DNA of 64,000 nt, taken from the IMG/VR virus record IMGVR_UViG_2721755523_000003, positions 1-64,000 of that record; one strand, given 5' to 3'. This stretch comes from a virus (Duplodnaviria > Caudoviricetes). The notes beneath the pieces are model-generated. The model ran no database searches, was not told the origin of the DNA, and worked only from the letters and a program-made list of their open reading frames with translations. Position numbers and translations under genes: made by a program. Positions 1 through 9,897 of the stretch are shown piece by piece (the first letter of the stretch is position 1; each line of letters opens with the position of its first letter).

Positions 1-252
1 TCAGAAGTACAACTTCTTCATCTCGTCTTGCAAGATCCGCTCGGAGTCCCGCAACCACTGCTGCCCCGCTTGCAACGTGCTGCGCGAGGGCGCTGTATCG
101 ATCTGCAAGATCGCGGCCGGCAGCGGCGTTGGCCTGGGCTTGCGCGCGGGCTGTAGCTGCGCTGCGTTCGGCTGCGAGGCGCAGCCGCTCAACACGGTCG
201 AGATCAGCGCGCACAACAGCGTCGCGCGCAGGGCGGGCCTGGGTGAATGCAT
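1..252 (-). CDS. o-spanin (Rz1-like) lipoprotein embedded in Rz
   Basis: 83 aa with lipobox LSGC and Pro-rich mature part; lies in an alternate frame inside the Rz-like ORF. Confidence 0.75.
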   Translation of the reverse strand: MHSPRPALRATLLCALISTVLSGCASQPNAAQLQPARKPRPTPLPAAILQIDTAPSRSTLQAGQQWLRDSERILQDEMKKLYF

Positions 253-478
253 CGGATGCCTCCTGGGTTTGTGTTGCGTGGATGGATTCGGCGGTAGCGA
301 GCTTTCGCTCCAGGGTCAGGCCCGCGACGGCCTGGCCGGCCACTTGCTGGGCCTGGGCCGTGATCAGGCGCTGGTGAGCGAGCTGCTCGGCATGCAGGCG
401 CCAAGTCTGCAGGGCCAGCAGCACGGCCAGCACCAGGGCGCCCGCCTGCCAGGCCTTGGACTTGATGGCTTCGAGCAT
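1..478 (-). CDS. i-spanin (Rz-like), 3' end runs off the window
   Basis: Manual translation from ATG 478: MLEAIKSKAWQAGALVLAVLLALQTWRL..., an N-terminal TM followed by an Ala-rich coiled coil; no stop before position 1, so absent from the ORF track. Confidence 0.75.
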   Translation of the reverse strand, partial: MLEAIKSKAWQAGALVLAVLLALQTWRLHAEQLAHQRLITAQAQQVAGQAVAGLTLERKLATAESIHATQTQEASDAFTQARPARDAVVRADLDRVERLRLAAERSAATARAQAQANAAAGRDLADRYSALAQHVASGAAVVAGLRADLARRDEEVVLL

Positions 479-480
479 GG

Positions 481-1488
481 CTACACCCCCAGCCACGGCA
501 AGTACTTCATGCGCCGGGAATGCAACGGCACGGTGTTTCGCACATGCTCGCGGTTGATGTCGTAGGCGCTTTGACCGTAGCCCTGCCACTTCTCGCGGCT
601 CTTGACGCTGTGCAGCTCGACGTGGCCGAACCACTGGTCGGCGTCGCAACCCCGCTGCAGCGTGCACAGTTGCCGGTCCTGCTGTAGGTGGCTCCAGCCG
701 CCGTTGTAGGCCGCGTCGCAGAAGGCCACGCGCACCAGCGCATCGAGGTCCGGCGACAGCGCCTGCAGGCGAGCATCGCAGCCGCGCAGCTTGATGATGG
801 CCGCGCGCACGCTCAGCTCGGGCCGCTCGTAGACCGACTGCCAATCCAGATCCTCGAGGGCAGAAGGGGCCATGCGCCGCACTTCGTCGAGCGAGTCGAA
901 GCGCAGCGCGCCGGTCTTGGTCCAGGCCCGCGTGAGCTGGGCCAGGCCACCGCCCTCTTCCCGCGAGGTCTTGAGACGTGCGGTCGAGGACCAGCACATG
1001 GAGTGCGTGAGCGATCGGCAGGACTCCTGCTCGAACAGCGCACCCAGGTAGCTGCGGCGGGGGATCTTGGGCCAATGGGCGTTGATCTCATCGACGATCA
1101 TCGGCGCCATGCCCTCGGCCCGGGCCAGGCCAGCGGGCTGGCGCGCCGGCACCTCCCCCGCCTGGGCAAACTGAGTCATCGATGCCCAGACGATGGCCAC
1201 GACCATGGCGCCACGCAGTACGCACAGCGCAAGGAAGGCCAGGCCGGCACCGATGGGATGCTCGAGGGCCTTGATCCAAGCATCGCGGCCGTGGGCATAG
1301 TCGGCCATGGCCTTGGAAGCACTGAGCGCCACGGCCACCGCCACGGCGGTCCACGACAGCCACAGCAGACGCACCACGGGCTCGCGCCAGCCGTTGGGGC
1401 CGAGGGAGTTGATGACGATCACAGCCAGGGGCAGGGCCAGCACGGCCCACCACCGCCAACGCTTGAGGGGATTCACAGGGGACTCCAT
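481..1488 (-). CDS. Endolysin (lytic transglycosylase-like) with an N-terminal 3-TM holin-like region
   Basis: Start MESPVNPLKRW at 1488; three hydrophobic segments, then ALFEQES (catalytic Glu), GGLAQLT and AAYNGG transglycosylase motifs; directly upstream of the spanins. Confidence 0.8.
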   Translation of the reverse strand: MESPVNPLKRWRWWAVLALPLAVIVINSLGPNGWREPVVRLLWLSWTAVAVAVALSASKAMADYAHGRDAWIKALEHPIGAGLAFLALCVLRGAMVVAIVWASMTQFAQAGEVPARQPAGLARAEGMAPMIVDEINAHWPKIPRRSYLGALFEQESCRSLTHSMCWSSTARLKTSREEGGGLAQLTRAWTKTGALRFDSLDEVRRMAPSALEDLDWQSVYERPELSVRAAIIKLRGCDARLQALSPDLDALVRVAFCDAAYNGGWSHLQQDRQLCTLQRGCDADQWFGHVELHSVKSREKWQGYGQSAYDINREHVRNTVPLHSRRMKYLPWLGV

Positions 1489-1501
1489 TTCTTCGAGACA
1501 C

Positions 1502-1534
1502 AAAAAAGCCCGCCGGTGTTGCCACGCGGCGGGC
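1502..1534 (-). terminator. Intrinsic terminator between the tail genes and the lysis cassette
   Basis: Minus strand GCCCGCCG-loop-CGGCGGGC followed by TTTTTT. Confidence 0.7.
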
Positions 1535-1553
1535 GCTGAAAAGTGGCGCGGAT

Positions 1554-1784
1554 CTAGACGTCGATCCGGGTGTAGACGAGGTCCGGGGCTGGCCCGGTAA
1601 CTGCGCCATCGCGCACGAATACGGGCGTGCCAGCCTCGATCGCCAGAGGGTTGTTGACGATGGATGTGCCACCACCGGGAAACTCCACGCGGGCCGTGGC
1701 ACCGATGCGTGCCACCAGGGTGGCATAGAGGGCTGGTGGCTCGGTTTGCAGCCGCTGCAGGCGGCGGAAGAGATTGATGATCAT
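1554..1784 (-). CDS. Small tail-tip protein
   Basis: 76 aa ORF overlapping the upstream tail gene by 4 nt; last gene of the tail block. Confidence 0.6.
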   Translation of the reverse strand: MIINLFRRLQRLQTEPPALYATLVARIGATARVEFPGGGTSIVNNPLAIEAGTPVFVRDGAVTGPAPDLVYTRIDV

Positions 1785-3676
1785 GCGATGGACCTTTCGA
1801 CGTCGAGGGCCTGACGGATGGACGGCGCATCGACCGAGAGCGTGATGCCGCGCACCAGGCCCCGCCAGGTCTCATCAGGCTCCTGCACTTCGATCAGGTA
1901 GCCGGGCAGGATCAGCCCAGGCCGGGTGCCGCCTGTGAGCAGAGGCACCGTGATGGGCTGCTGGTGCGTGATCGCCGACACGGCAAGCACGGATTGCCCG
2001 CGCATCCGGGCCGCAACGACTTCGGTGATCAGCGAATCTGTGATCTGCGGGGCGAGTCGGTCGCCTGCAGAGCCTGCACGCGTGACATGGCCCAACGGGC
2101 GACCCGGCGCCGTGCCAGCGATGTAGACGGCATTGAAGTGGGCCGCCTGGGCCGGCTGCAGGCTGTCGGCGGTGATGATCTGCCCAGGCATGACAACGTC
2201 TGCAGGCGCGCCGGCCCAGGCCCATGGAAGATGGGGGAAACGGGGTGCGATCTGCAGCCGGGGCTCCGACCTGTGGCTGCGCACCACGGCGCCGGCAGCC
2301 TCTGCGATCCGCTGAGCCACCGACAACGGCGTACCGCTGTGGCTCCACACATTCTCGGGCACCAGCCAGTCGTCGATCTGCCAGTCCAGGCCGATGCCCG
2401 TGAGGTCGAGCGCATCGAGCACCAGCTGCTGCGCGGTTCGCGGCACGGCGCTGGTCCAGTCCGTATCCGCAAACGCAGGCGCGGAAAGCACCGAGGTGAT
2501 GCTGCGGCCGGTGAGCTGCACAGCGTGCTCGCCAAACTTGCGCGTGCGCGATGGCGGGTCGATCAGAAACACCCACTGGATGCCATCGATGGTGACGCGG
2601 ATCTGCTGCGGAACGCCCTGCCGGGGCGCCAGTTGGTCCAGCAGCGAAAGCTTGCCCGAGGCCGTCATCGTCCAGCCGTACTCGTCGTCGTTGGTGGTGA
2701 TGCTGATGGTTTGCAGCGGCACGCGCTCCAAGCTGGGCAGCAGCACCGCATCAATGGTGTGGACAGTCATGTAGACCCTCAATAGCGGAATGACATAGCG
2801 CGGCGGCTCGGGGTTGACGCCGCCCTTGCAGCAGAAAAAGACCAGCTCGGTGCTGCCCGTCCAGGCCTGCGAAAAAACCAGCTCGACCGCGCCCCCAGGC
2901 GGCGGCACATAGCACGGCGATGGCTTGGGCGGATCGACCGGCCGCCCAGGCGTGATGCCCGGCGGCGGCACCATGGCGTCCTGATACCGCGCGCCACCCA
3001 TGACCACGGCCAGCTGCAGGGCGTCGCCCATGCTGCTGGTGTGCCAAGCGCCACGCTGCAGGCAATCGCCGAAGGCCTGCACGGTGGCGCGGCGCACGCG
3101 GATGGCTTCCTGGAATCGCTGCAGCACAGTGGCCTGGGCGGCCAGGGCGTTGTCCATGCCCTGGCGCGTGGTCAGGTGCACGCGGATGGCTTCCTGCCAG
3201 GCCTGGGCGGTGATGCCGGCCACGGCCAGGGCGTTGCCCATGCCCTGGCGCGCGTCCAGGCGCAGGCGCAGCGAGTCCTGCCAGCGGTGTACCGTGGCCG
3301 TGCCGGCAGCCATGGCCTGCCCGCCACCAATGCGCGTGGTGCTGCTGGCCACGGCCGACTGCTGGAAGACAGACACCAGGGCGCCGCGCGCAGCTGCGGC
3401 CTCTTGGAAGTCCGACAGTGAGCCGCCCACGGCCGGCCGGTCGGTGCGCGTCTGGTAGACCGCGCCGAGCGCGACCTGCGCGCCCGGCAACCGTATGGCT
3501 GTGGCAGCTGTCTTGCGCCGCAGGGCACTGATGCCCACGCGGGAGCCTGGCAGGCGGATGGCCGCCCGCGCGACCGCGTCCTGCCCCGAGCCCGAATCGT
3601 CCTCATTGCCGAACACCAGCTCGTTGGGCGAACCACCGGCTGGCGGGCGGCGGAAGATCAGCTCGATGATCGCCAT
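1781..3676 (-). CDS. Tail tip/baseplate hub-like protein
   Basis: 631 aa ORF in the tail operon with phage-like codon usage. Confidence 0.65.
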   Translation of the reverse strand: MAIIELIFRRPPAGGSPNELVFGNEDDSGSGQDAVARAAIRLPGSRVGISALRRKTAATAIRLPGAQVALGAVYQTRTDRPAVGGSLSDFQEAAAARGALVSVFQQSAVASSTTRIGGGQAMAAGTATVHRWQDSLRLRLDARQGMGNALAVAGITAQAWQEAIRVHLTTRQGMDNALAAQATVLQRFQEAIRVRRATVQAFGDCLQRGAWHTSSMGDALQLAVVMGGARYQDAMVPPPGITPGRPVDPPKPSPCYVPPPGGAVELVFSQAWTGSTELVFFCCKGGVNPEPPRYVIPLLRVYMTVHTIDAVLLPSLERVPLQTISITTNDDEYGWTMTASGKLSLLDQLAPRQGVPQQIRVTIDGIQWVFLIDPPSRTRKFGEHAVQLTGRSITSVLSAPAFADTDWTSAVPRTAQQLVLDALDLTGIGLDWQIDDWLVPENVWSHSGTPLSVAQRIAEAAGAVVRSHRSEPRLQIAPRFPHLPWAWAGAPADVVMPGQIITADSLQPAQAAHFNAVYIAGTAPGRPLGHVTRAGSAGDRLAPQITDSLITEVVAARMRGQSVLAVSAITHQQPITVPLLTGGTRPGLILPGYLIEVQEPDETWRGLVRGITLSVDAPSIRQALDVERSIA

Positions 3677-3679
3677 GGG

Positions 3680-4099
3680 CTACTCGATGTAGCTGGTCGG
3701 GGCCAGCGTGAGATAGCCGCCGGCATACAGCTGCGTGCTGTCGGGGATCTGGATCTGACCGTCGCCGCCCTCGGCTGACACATCCACATCCATGACCAGC
3801 GCGCCCGCCGCCGACACGATGCGGCCCCAGGTCGCAATGCCGGACTCGAGGATCATGGCGCCTGCTGCATCGCGGGCCAGCAGCCGCAGCCGGCCGGCCA
3901 CGATCTCTCCGCAGGGCCTGGCCAGCGGCAGCTCTACCAGCATGGGCAGGCCCGAGGCCTCGCCGAAGGCCGGCCGCTCGGCATCCGCGAAGAACCGCAC
4001 GCAGGCCGTGCCCGAGCCCACGTCCAGCAGCAGGTCGCGCAGGCCCCGCAGGCGGGCCTCGTTCGCGGCCATGGTGATTTCAACGCCGCGCAGTGTCAT
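3680..4099 (-). CDS. Phage tail-associated protein
   Basis: 139 aa, coupled to its neighbours. Confidence 0.6.
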   Translation of the reverse strand: MTLRGVEITMAANEARLRGLRDLLLDVGSGTACVRFFADAERPAFGEASGLPMLVELPLARPCGEIVAGRLRLLARDAAGAMILESGIATWGRIVSAAGALVMDVDVSAEGGDGQIQIPDSTQLYAGGYLTLAPTSYIE

Positions 4100-4503
4100 G
4101 GCATGGCCTCCGGCGTGACGCGGTCGGCCACCACGGCGCGGAAGTCACCCTCATGGTCGTAGCTCAGGACCGTGTATGCGGTGGTGCTGTCGATGCGCTG
4201 GAAGTCGTACTCTCCCTGGGCGTTGCTCCACGCCTCGCGGATCAGCAGGCCGTCGCGGTCGCGGTACAGCCGCACACGGCGCGAGACGGGCACCTTGGGA
4301 CTGTTCTTGTCTTCCTGCTCGACGGTGCGGCCACGCACGCGCCCCAGGCCGTTGCCGCCCAGCACGTAGTCCAGTTGACTCGCCCCGGGCCGCTGGACCA
4401 TATAAGCGCCCCGATAGATTTCTCGCCCGCCCACGCCCACGACTGCCGTGGGCTGGAGCAAGCTGGTTGGATATGACAGCTCAGCCATAGCCCTTAGCGC
4501 CAA
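4096..4503 (-). CDS. Phage tail-associated beta-sandwich protein
   Basis: 135 aa, RRVRLY...AWSNAQGEYDF carboxypeptidase-regulatory-like pattern; coupled overlaps. Confidence 0.55.
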   Translation of the reverse strand: MALRAMAELSYPTSLLQPTAVVGVGGREIYRGAYMVQRPGASQLDYVLGGNGLGRVRGRTVEQEDKNSPKVPVSRRVRLYRDRDGLLIREAWSNAQGEYDFQRIDSTTAYTVLSYDHEGDFRAVVADRVTPEAMP

Positions 4504-5681
4504 GGCCCCGTGATGTCGATGAAGCCGTAGCCGGTTGGAGCACCAGTAGAGCCAGAATACGGAAGTGCCAGCAGGCGGCGGGCGCTTGCCGCCTCGATCA
4601 GGGTCGAGTCACGCTCGAAATACTGGGCGACCTGCGACTGCGGCACATAGCGGTATCCGGGGACAACCGCTCGCGGGGTGTTATTGGTGCTGGGGGCATT
4701 GTTCAAGTACAGCTGCGTAAGCTTCAGCTCACCGTCCACTTCGCTCGGAAAAACCCCCAGCCCGGAGTCGGCCCCAGAACCTGCGCTCGCGGCTCCCGCG
4801 TAGCTCCTGAGATCGGGGGCCACGCTGCCGCCCAAACCTGTCACAGCCCTTGGCAAAAAATACCAACCGCCGGAAGCAATATCGATACTGCCGTTGTAGG
4901 GCGCCCCGGTCACATTTGATTGGGACGTGCCGCCACTGAGAAGACAGGCGTATGCATCCCCCGTCCGGCGCAGCGCCAACAGATCGCCAAAGGCTCTCGT
5001 CCCGCCTGCCGTGCTGGTCGCAGTGGATGATGAAGCCGGCGCCGTGTTATCAACAAAGAACCGGCTGTCTCCCGCAATCAGCCAGCGCGCAGGGTTGGCA
5101 TTGGCCGAGGCACTCTTGGCCCACCAGCAGCCATCGGCACGCTGAGCGAGGCTGGGAAAAGGGCCGGTCCCGGTATCGATGGCCGACATGCTTTCATAGC
5201 CGCGCAACAGTGCTGCGGTCGTGGTGCGGTCATCGACATAGAGGTACATGCCCAAGCTCTGCGGATCGGTGGAGCGATACACGGCCTGGTTGGTCCCAGA
5301 AAACGGTTTGGCCCAGCCCAGCGCCGCGAACTTGAAGGTGATGCCCGTGCCGTTGTCCACGCTGTCGGGCGCGGCCGTGCGGAACTTGAACACGCCGCTG
5401 GCCGACTCGGTCACGCGCTGCTCTCCGTTGAGCAGGGCCTGCGCGGCGCCGGCGATCAGCAGCACGCTGTCGGGCGTGGGCGGCTGCGATGCGCCCACGG
5501 AAAACTCCACCGTGGCCACGCCAGCCGCCACCGTGATGCGCGTGGCCGCGCGCAGACCGAAGCCAGTGACCAGGCAGGCATCAAGCACGGCGATCTTGCT
5601 GCCGACCTGGCCGTTTTGCACGGGCGCGCCGTACATGGTTGAGAGAAAGTGCTTGACGCTGGTATCAACGAGGGATGCCAT
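4494..5681 (-). CDS. Putative tail fibre/receptor-binding protein
   Basis: 395 aa; conserved-looking N-terminus (LDACLVTGFG) and a lower-GC distal half. Confidence 0.55.
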   Translation of the reverse strand: MASLVDTSVKHFLSTMYGAPVQNGQVGSKIAVLDACLVTGFGLRAATRITVAAGVATVEFSVGASQPPTPDSVLLIAGAAQALLNGEQRVTESASGVFKFRTAAPDSVDNGTGITFKFAALGWAKPFSGTNQAVYRSTDPQSLGMYLYVDDRTTTAALLRGYESMSAIDTGTGPFPSLAQRADGCWWAKSASANANPARWLIAGDSRFFVDNTAPASSSTATSTAGGTRAFGDLLALRRTGDAYACLLSGGTSQSNVTGAPYNGSIDIASGGWYFLPRAVTGLGGSVAPDLRSYAGAASAGSGADSGLGVFPSEVDGELKLTQLYLNNAPSTNNTPRAVVPGYRYVPQSQVAQYFERDSTLIEAASARRLLALPYSGSTGAPTGYGFIDITGPWR

Positions 5682-5698
5682 GGGTGATCTCCAAAAAA

Positions 5699-7591
5699 TC
5701 AGGGACGGTCGACGCTGCCGCGCACCAGGTGCTCGAACTGGTAGTCGTCGGCCACAGCCTCGCTGGGCTGCACGGTGCGGATGAGGGCATGCGGGGCAAT
5801 ACCGCCCTCGGTGTTGATGCGCAGCACGTTGCCCGCGCTCCAGCCCTGGCCCCAGCCGAGGGCGCGGATGGTGATGTAGGGCACGCCGCTGATCGGGTTA
5901 ATGGGCGCGAAATCCACGTTGGTGGAGCCCGTGCCCAGGTTGCCAACGTGCTCGCCGATGAACTCGAAGGTCGTTGCGCTCAAGAAGCGGCACATCCAGC
6001 GCTCGGGCAGCGCGCCGGCATTGGTGACGACCAGGGGTGCGATGGTGTCGTTGTAGCTGGCCAGGGCCTCGGGACCATCGACCGTGTCCTGCCATTTGTT
6101 GGTCCAGGTGGTCTGGTCAAACATCAGGCTGACACGGGCGCGCAGCGTGCCGGCCATCAGCGCGCTGGAAACCACGCTGCCCACGGGAAACTCATGGCTC
6201 AGTTGCTTGGTGATGGCCAACATGCCGTTGATCTGCACATCGCTGACGCGGGCCATCTCTTCGATACGGTGCTGGAAGGTCACGGGCTGGGACCAGCCCG
6301 TGATGTCGCTGACGGTGATCTTGCCGGCCTCCAGATCCACGCTCCAGCCCTGCTGGATGCGCTGGCCATCGGCGCCGAGGACATAGGCACGGGAGAGCCG
6401 CACGCGGCCGCAGTTGATGACCTGGCCGTTGGTCACGGTGACCGGGCCGACCGTCCCGGTGTGGCCGATCACGATGTAGCTGCCCACGCGGAAGATAGGC
6501 ACGCGGCCATCGGGGGGCAGCCGCACGGGGTCCAGGCCGATAACGTCCGCGTCCAGCGGCAGGTAGAAATAGCTGACGCTGTTGTAGCGCAGCGTGGTCG
6601 GGTCCACCGGCCAGGGGCGCCAGATGCGGTTCGGCTGCACGGCGCCGATGTCATCGGCCGAATACCACCATTCGGCCTTCTGGGCAGCGGTCAGCGAGGT
6701 GTCCAGCACATAGTCACCGAACTGCAGCTCGACCACACCGCTCTGGTAGTCGATCTTGCCGCGCAGGTGCGTTCCCGAGATCACGCCGTCGATGCCGGCC
6801 GAGGCCGTGATCTGCTCGCCCGTGGCATCGGACAGGTTCATGACAAAGCCGCTGGGCTTGATGGGCGCGGCGGCCGTGCGCATGAAGATGCTGGCCGTGG
6901 TCCAGTTCTGGCGCACGGTCCACAGGCTCTCGACCACCAGGTCCGTGGCCGGGCCGTCGACGAGATAGTCGAAGATGCGGGCCACGCCGCTGGAGTAGTC
7001 CAGCGCGCCGGCCACGATGCCCAGCGCCGTGGGCGTGCGGTCGCGCACCAGCACGCCGTCGTAATCCTCGTAGACATGGCCCATCCACCGAAACCGCACG
7101 CTGCCCGGCACGATGTAGTCGGTGGTGTAGGGGCACAGGTCCAGCACCACGGGCTCGGGCGTGAAATTCATGACATGGTGCTGGGCACTGGCGAAGTCCT
7201 CGGCGTAGGTCACGGTCACCGTGCTGCCGGCCAGCAGCTCTTCGCTGACGGAGGTGTCGCTGCGGTCACCCCCTTTGGCCGTGTTGGAAAACGAGCCCGG
7301 ATCGCTGCCGGCGCCGCTCATGGACGTGGTCTCGAAGCTCTTGGCGTTCTCGTAGTCGCTGTTGTAGCCCTCGGTCTTGCTGTTGAGCTGCAGGAAGCGG
7401 ATGTTCAGGAATTTGCCGGGATAGTTGATAGTTCCGTCCGGGCCGAACGAGCCCTGGCCGTCATCTGTCAGCAGGTGGCGCACGGTGTCCTGGGTCTTGC
7501 TGGTCTGGTAGCTGGTGCGGCTGTGGCTCGATGAGGTGGTGGCCGTTGTCTGGGTGGTCTGTGTGACGATGCCTGCGGATACGCCTGCCAT
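5699..7591 (-). CDS. Large tail protein, C-terminal half
   Basis: 630 aa with repeated G-x-I/V-D/N-Y-x-x-G motifs; own RBS (AAGGGAG) upstream of 7591. Confidence 0.65.
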   Translation of the reverse strand: MAGVSAGIVTQTTQTTATTSSSHSRTSYQTSKTQDTVRHLLTDDGQGSFGPDGTINYPGKFLNIRFLQLNSKTEGYNSDYENAKSFETTSMSGAGSDPGSFSNTAKGGDRSDTSVSEELLAGSTVTVTYAEDFASAQHHVMNFTPEPVVLDLCPYTTDYIVPGSVRFRWMGHVYEDYDGVLVRDRTPTALGIVAGALDYSSGVARIFDYLVDGPATDLVVESLWTVRQNWTTASIFMRTAAAPIKPSGFVMNLSDATGEQITASAGIDGVISGTHLRGKIDYQSGVVELQFGDYVLDTSLTAAQKAEWWYSADDIGAVQPNRIWRPWPVDPTTLRYNSVSYFYLPLDADVIGLDPVRLPPDGRVPIFRVGSYIVIGHTGTVGPVTVTNGQVINCGRVRLSRAYVLGADGQRIQQGWSVDLEAGKITVSDITGWSQPVTFQHRIEEMARVSDVQINGMLAITKQLSHEFPVGSVVSSALMAGTLRARVSLMFDQTTWTNKWQDTVDGPEALASYNDTIAPLVVTNAGALPERWMCRFLSATTFEFIGEHVGNLGTGSTNVDFAPINPISGVPYITIRALGWGQGWSAGNVLRINTEGGIAPHALIRTVQPSEAVADDYQFEHLVRGSVDRP

Positions 7592-7614
7592 GGTTGTGCT
7601 CTCCCTTGTTGATG

Positions 7615-9477
7615 TCAGGCGCCCCAGCGCCGGTATTCGACGCCGCCGATGGACTTGACGCCCGCCGCGTACTCGGCATCCGTCCAGACCACGCCCGCTG
7701 CATCGGGTGGCACGTAGTGATTGCCGGTGGGCGAGCTGGTGGCGCCGACCTCGATGTAGACGGTCCCGCCGCTGGCGCGCGTGCCGCCCTGGGCCATGTA
7801 CTTGCCCGTGGTCGAGCCATCGGACAGCGGCACGCGCGAGGTGACGACGGGGGCAGGCGCCGGCGGCACCTGGGGCAGGTAACTGAATTTGCCGTTGCCG
7901 CCGTCCTTGGCAGCCGAGGTGCCGCTCGAGCTGGCCCCGGAGCTGGCCGAGACATTGCGCACGCTGACCCAGGCGACCGCCACGGTGCCGGGCGCCGGCA
8001 CCGTGTCCAGGCTGATGGCCCCAAAGCCGCCCGCATCAGGAGTGACCACCACGTTCTTGCTGACGATGACCGCGTAGTCGTACTCGATGGCGAACTGCCC
8101 GCCCGCGTCGATCATGAATTGCGGGCGCAGCAGCAGCGCGGCCGAGGCGTAGTTGATCTCGCCCGTGGCCGCGCCCTGCAGCGCGCCATGGCCGTTGTCC
8201 GTGGCCGTGCGCAGCACGCCGCCCGAAGTCCATTTGATGACCAGCGTGCCGGGTTTGATGCCCTGGTGAGGCAGGCGCATGGCGTGCTCGGGCAGCCGCC
8301 AGCCCGTGGCGCTGGAACGGTTGACGAAGGCCGAGGCCTCGCCCCATTGGAAGATGATGGAGCTGCTCACGTCGGGCAGCGCAGGCAGCGTCACGGACAC
8401 CGAGCCGTTCGCGTAGTTGACCGTGCCCACGGCCGAGCCCGTCAGCTCGCCCTGGCCGTTGTCAGATGCGGTGTACCAGACGCCCATGACCTGGAAGGAG
8501 ATGACCAGGGTGTTTGGCGCCGGGAACGGCTTGAGGATGGCCACCCAGCTGAAACTGCGGTTTTCCTGGCCCACCTTGATGCGCCGCGTGTGCGGCGCGT
8601 TGGGCACGCGGATCTCGCGCGGCGAGGTAGCGAGCACCAGCTGCCGCACGCCAGCCGGGCGCTGGTCCAGGGCCGCAGTCTCGGTGCGGGAGTTGGGCAC
8701 GAGTTGGGTGTAGATGCTGGCAACACGCAGCATGCTCTCACCCAGCTGCACAGCTGCCGTCAGGGGCTGGGCGCCATAAAAGCTGGCCGCGTCCGCGACG
8801 GTGGTGTCCCGGATGCGGGTCTTGCTGGGGTCCATCGACCAGCCACGGTTGGGAGGCGAGCCGGGGAAGGCGCTGCGCAGCCGGGGGGTGATCTCGCACG
8901 TGGTGACGCTGGCCGTGTAGTCCGTGTAGCCGCCGCTGCTGGAATACGAAAACTGCAGGGTCTCGGTCTCGGCGCGCAGCACGCGCACGTACTGCAGCAA
9001 CTGGCTGGCCAGGCCCTCGTTGTAGACGAGGATCAGCGTGCGGCCGATGGTCGGCGCTGGCGTGCCCGGCCGATGAAAAATCTTGATGGAGGCCTGTCCC
9101 TGGACGTGGTTCTCCAGCAGGTAGCCACCCCACTCCGTGCCCGGGATGAGGTAGGCCGCGATGGCTGCGGCGATTTCCGAACGGCGTGCGAAGACGCCGC
9201 AGGGCGCGATGGTGATGGACACATTGGGGTCGTTGGGCACGGCCGAGACGATGATGTTGGTGTCCATCAGCGGCTCGGTGGTGGGCGTTTGCACGGCCGC
9301 GTGCACCTGGCGGATGGACACGTCGCCGCCAGCACGGTCGACCTCGGTGATGTCCTCGAAGACGCCATTGCTCTTGCCCCAGGGGATGACATTGCCAGTG
9401 GGGCCGCCGCCACCGTTGGCGTCATCGGTCATCACTTTGGATTCGAGCAGGCGGATGTCGCCGTCTTTGATGGTCAT
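7615..9477 (-). CDS. Large tail protein, N-terminal half
   Basis: 620 aa, MTIKDGDIRLLESKVMTDDANGGGG N-terminus typical of siphoviral tail proteins; GxVNY repeats. Confidence 0.65.
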   Translation of the reverse strand: MTIKDGDIRLLESKVMTDDANGGGGPTGNVIPWGKSNGVFEDITEVDRAGGDVSIRQVHAAVQTPTTEPLMDTNIIVSAVPNDPNVSITIAPCGVFARRSEIAAAIAAYLIPGTEWGGYLLENHVQGQASIKIFHRPGTPAPTIGRTLILVYNEGLASQLLQYVRVLRAETETLQFSYSSSGGYTDYTASVTTCEITPRLRSAFPGSPPNRGWSMDPSKTRIRDTTVADAASFYGAQPLTAAVQLGESMLRVASIYTQLVPNSRTETAALDQRPAGVRQLVLATSPREIRVPNAPHTRRIKVGQENRSFSWVAILKPFPAPNTLVISFQVMGVWYTASDNGQGELTGSAVGTVNYANGSVSVTLPALPDVSSSIIFQWGEASAFVNRSSATGWRLPEHAMRLPHQGIKPGTLVIKWTSGGVLRTATDNGHGALQGAATGEINYASAALLLRPQFMIDAGGQFAIEYDYAVIVSKNVVVTPDAGGFGAISLDTVPAPGTVAVAWVSVRNVSASSGASSSGTSAAKDGGNGKFSYLPQVPPAPAPVVTSRVPLSDGSTTGKYMAQGGTRASGGTVYIEVGATSSPTGNHYVPPDAAGVVWTDAEYAAGVKSIGGVEYRRWGA

Positions 9478-9893
9478 AGGGTTTCGCTCGCTTCGATAAA
9501 GCGCAGCACAAGGCTGCAGTAGTAGTCTTCGTCTTCGGGATCGCTGTATTCGATGACCGACTGCATCGCCATGGCGCGGGTCTGCTCGGCATCACCGTGG
9601 TCGAAGACGACCTCGAATTCATCGGCCAGGATGCGCAGCCTCATGCGCAGCCCGGGAATGGCGGACCAGGCCTTGAGCGTGCGCAGCGTGGCGCGCGAGA
9701 TCCAGGCGCTGTTGCCATCGCCCTGCAGCGTGATCGGCTGCCCCCCGTTGCGGGCCATGGCATCGATGATCAGCGTGCCGAAGATGCCGCGCTCGGTCTT
9801 CTGGGCGACCTTCGACCAGGTCAGCTCATCCACCCAGATCAGGTCACGCGGCAGCTCCAGCACCTGGGCGCCGTTGGACAAATAAATGCTCAT
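9474..9893 (-). CDS. Distal tail protein-like
   Basis: 139 aa immediately downstream of the tape measure gene. Confidence 0.6.
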   Translation of the reverse strand: MSIYLSNGAQVLELPRDLIWVDELTWSKVAQKTERGIFGTLIIDAMARNGGQPITLQGDGNSAWISRATLRTLKAWSAIPGLRMRLRILADEFEVVFDHGDAEQTRAMAMQSVIEYSDPEDEDYYCSLVLRFIEASETL

Positions 9894-9897
9894 GAGG

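Noticed and set aside
1489-1875. N-terminal extension of the 464-aa ORF at 481-1875
   Set aside because: Crosses a terminator and the 1554-1784 gene; the real start is at 1488
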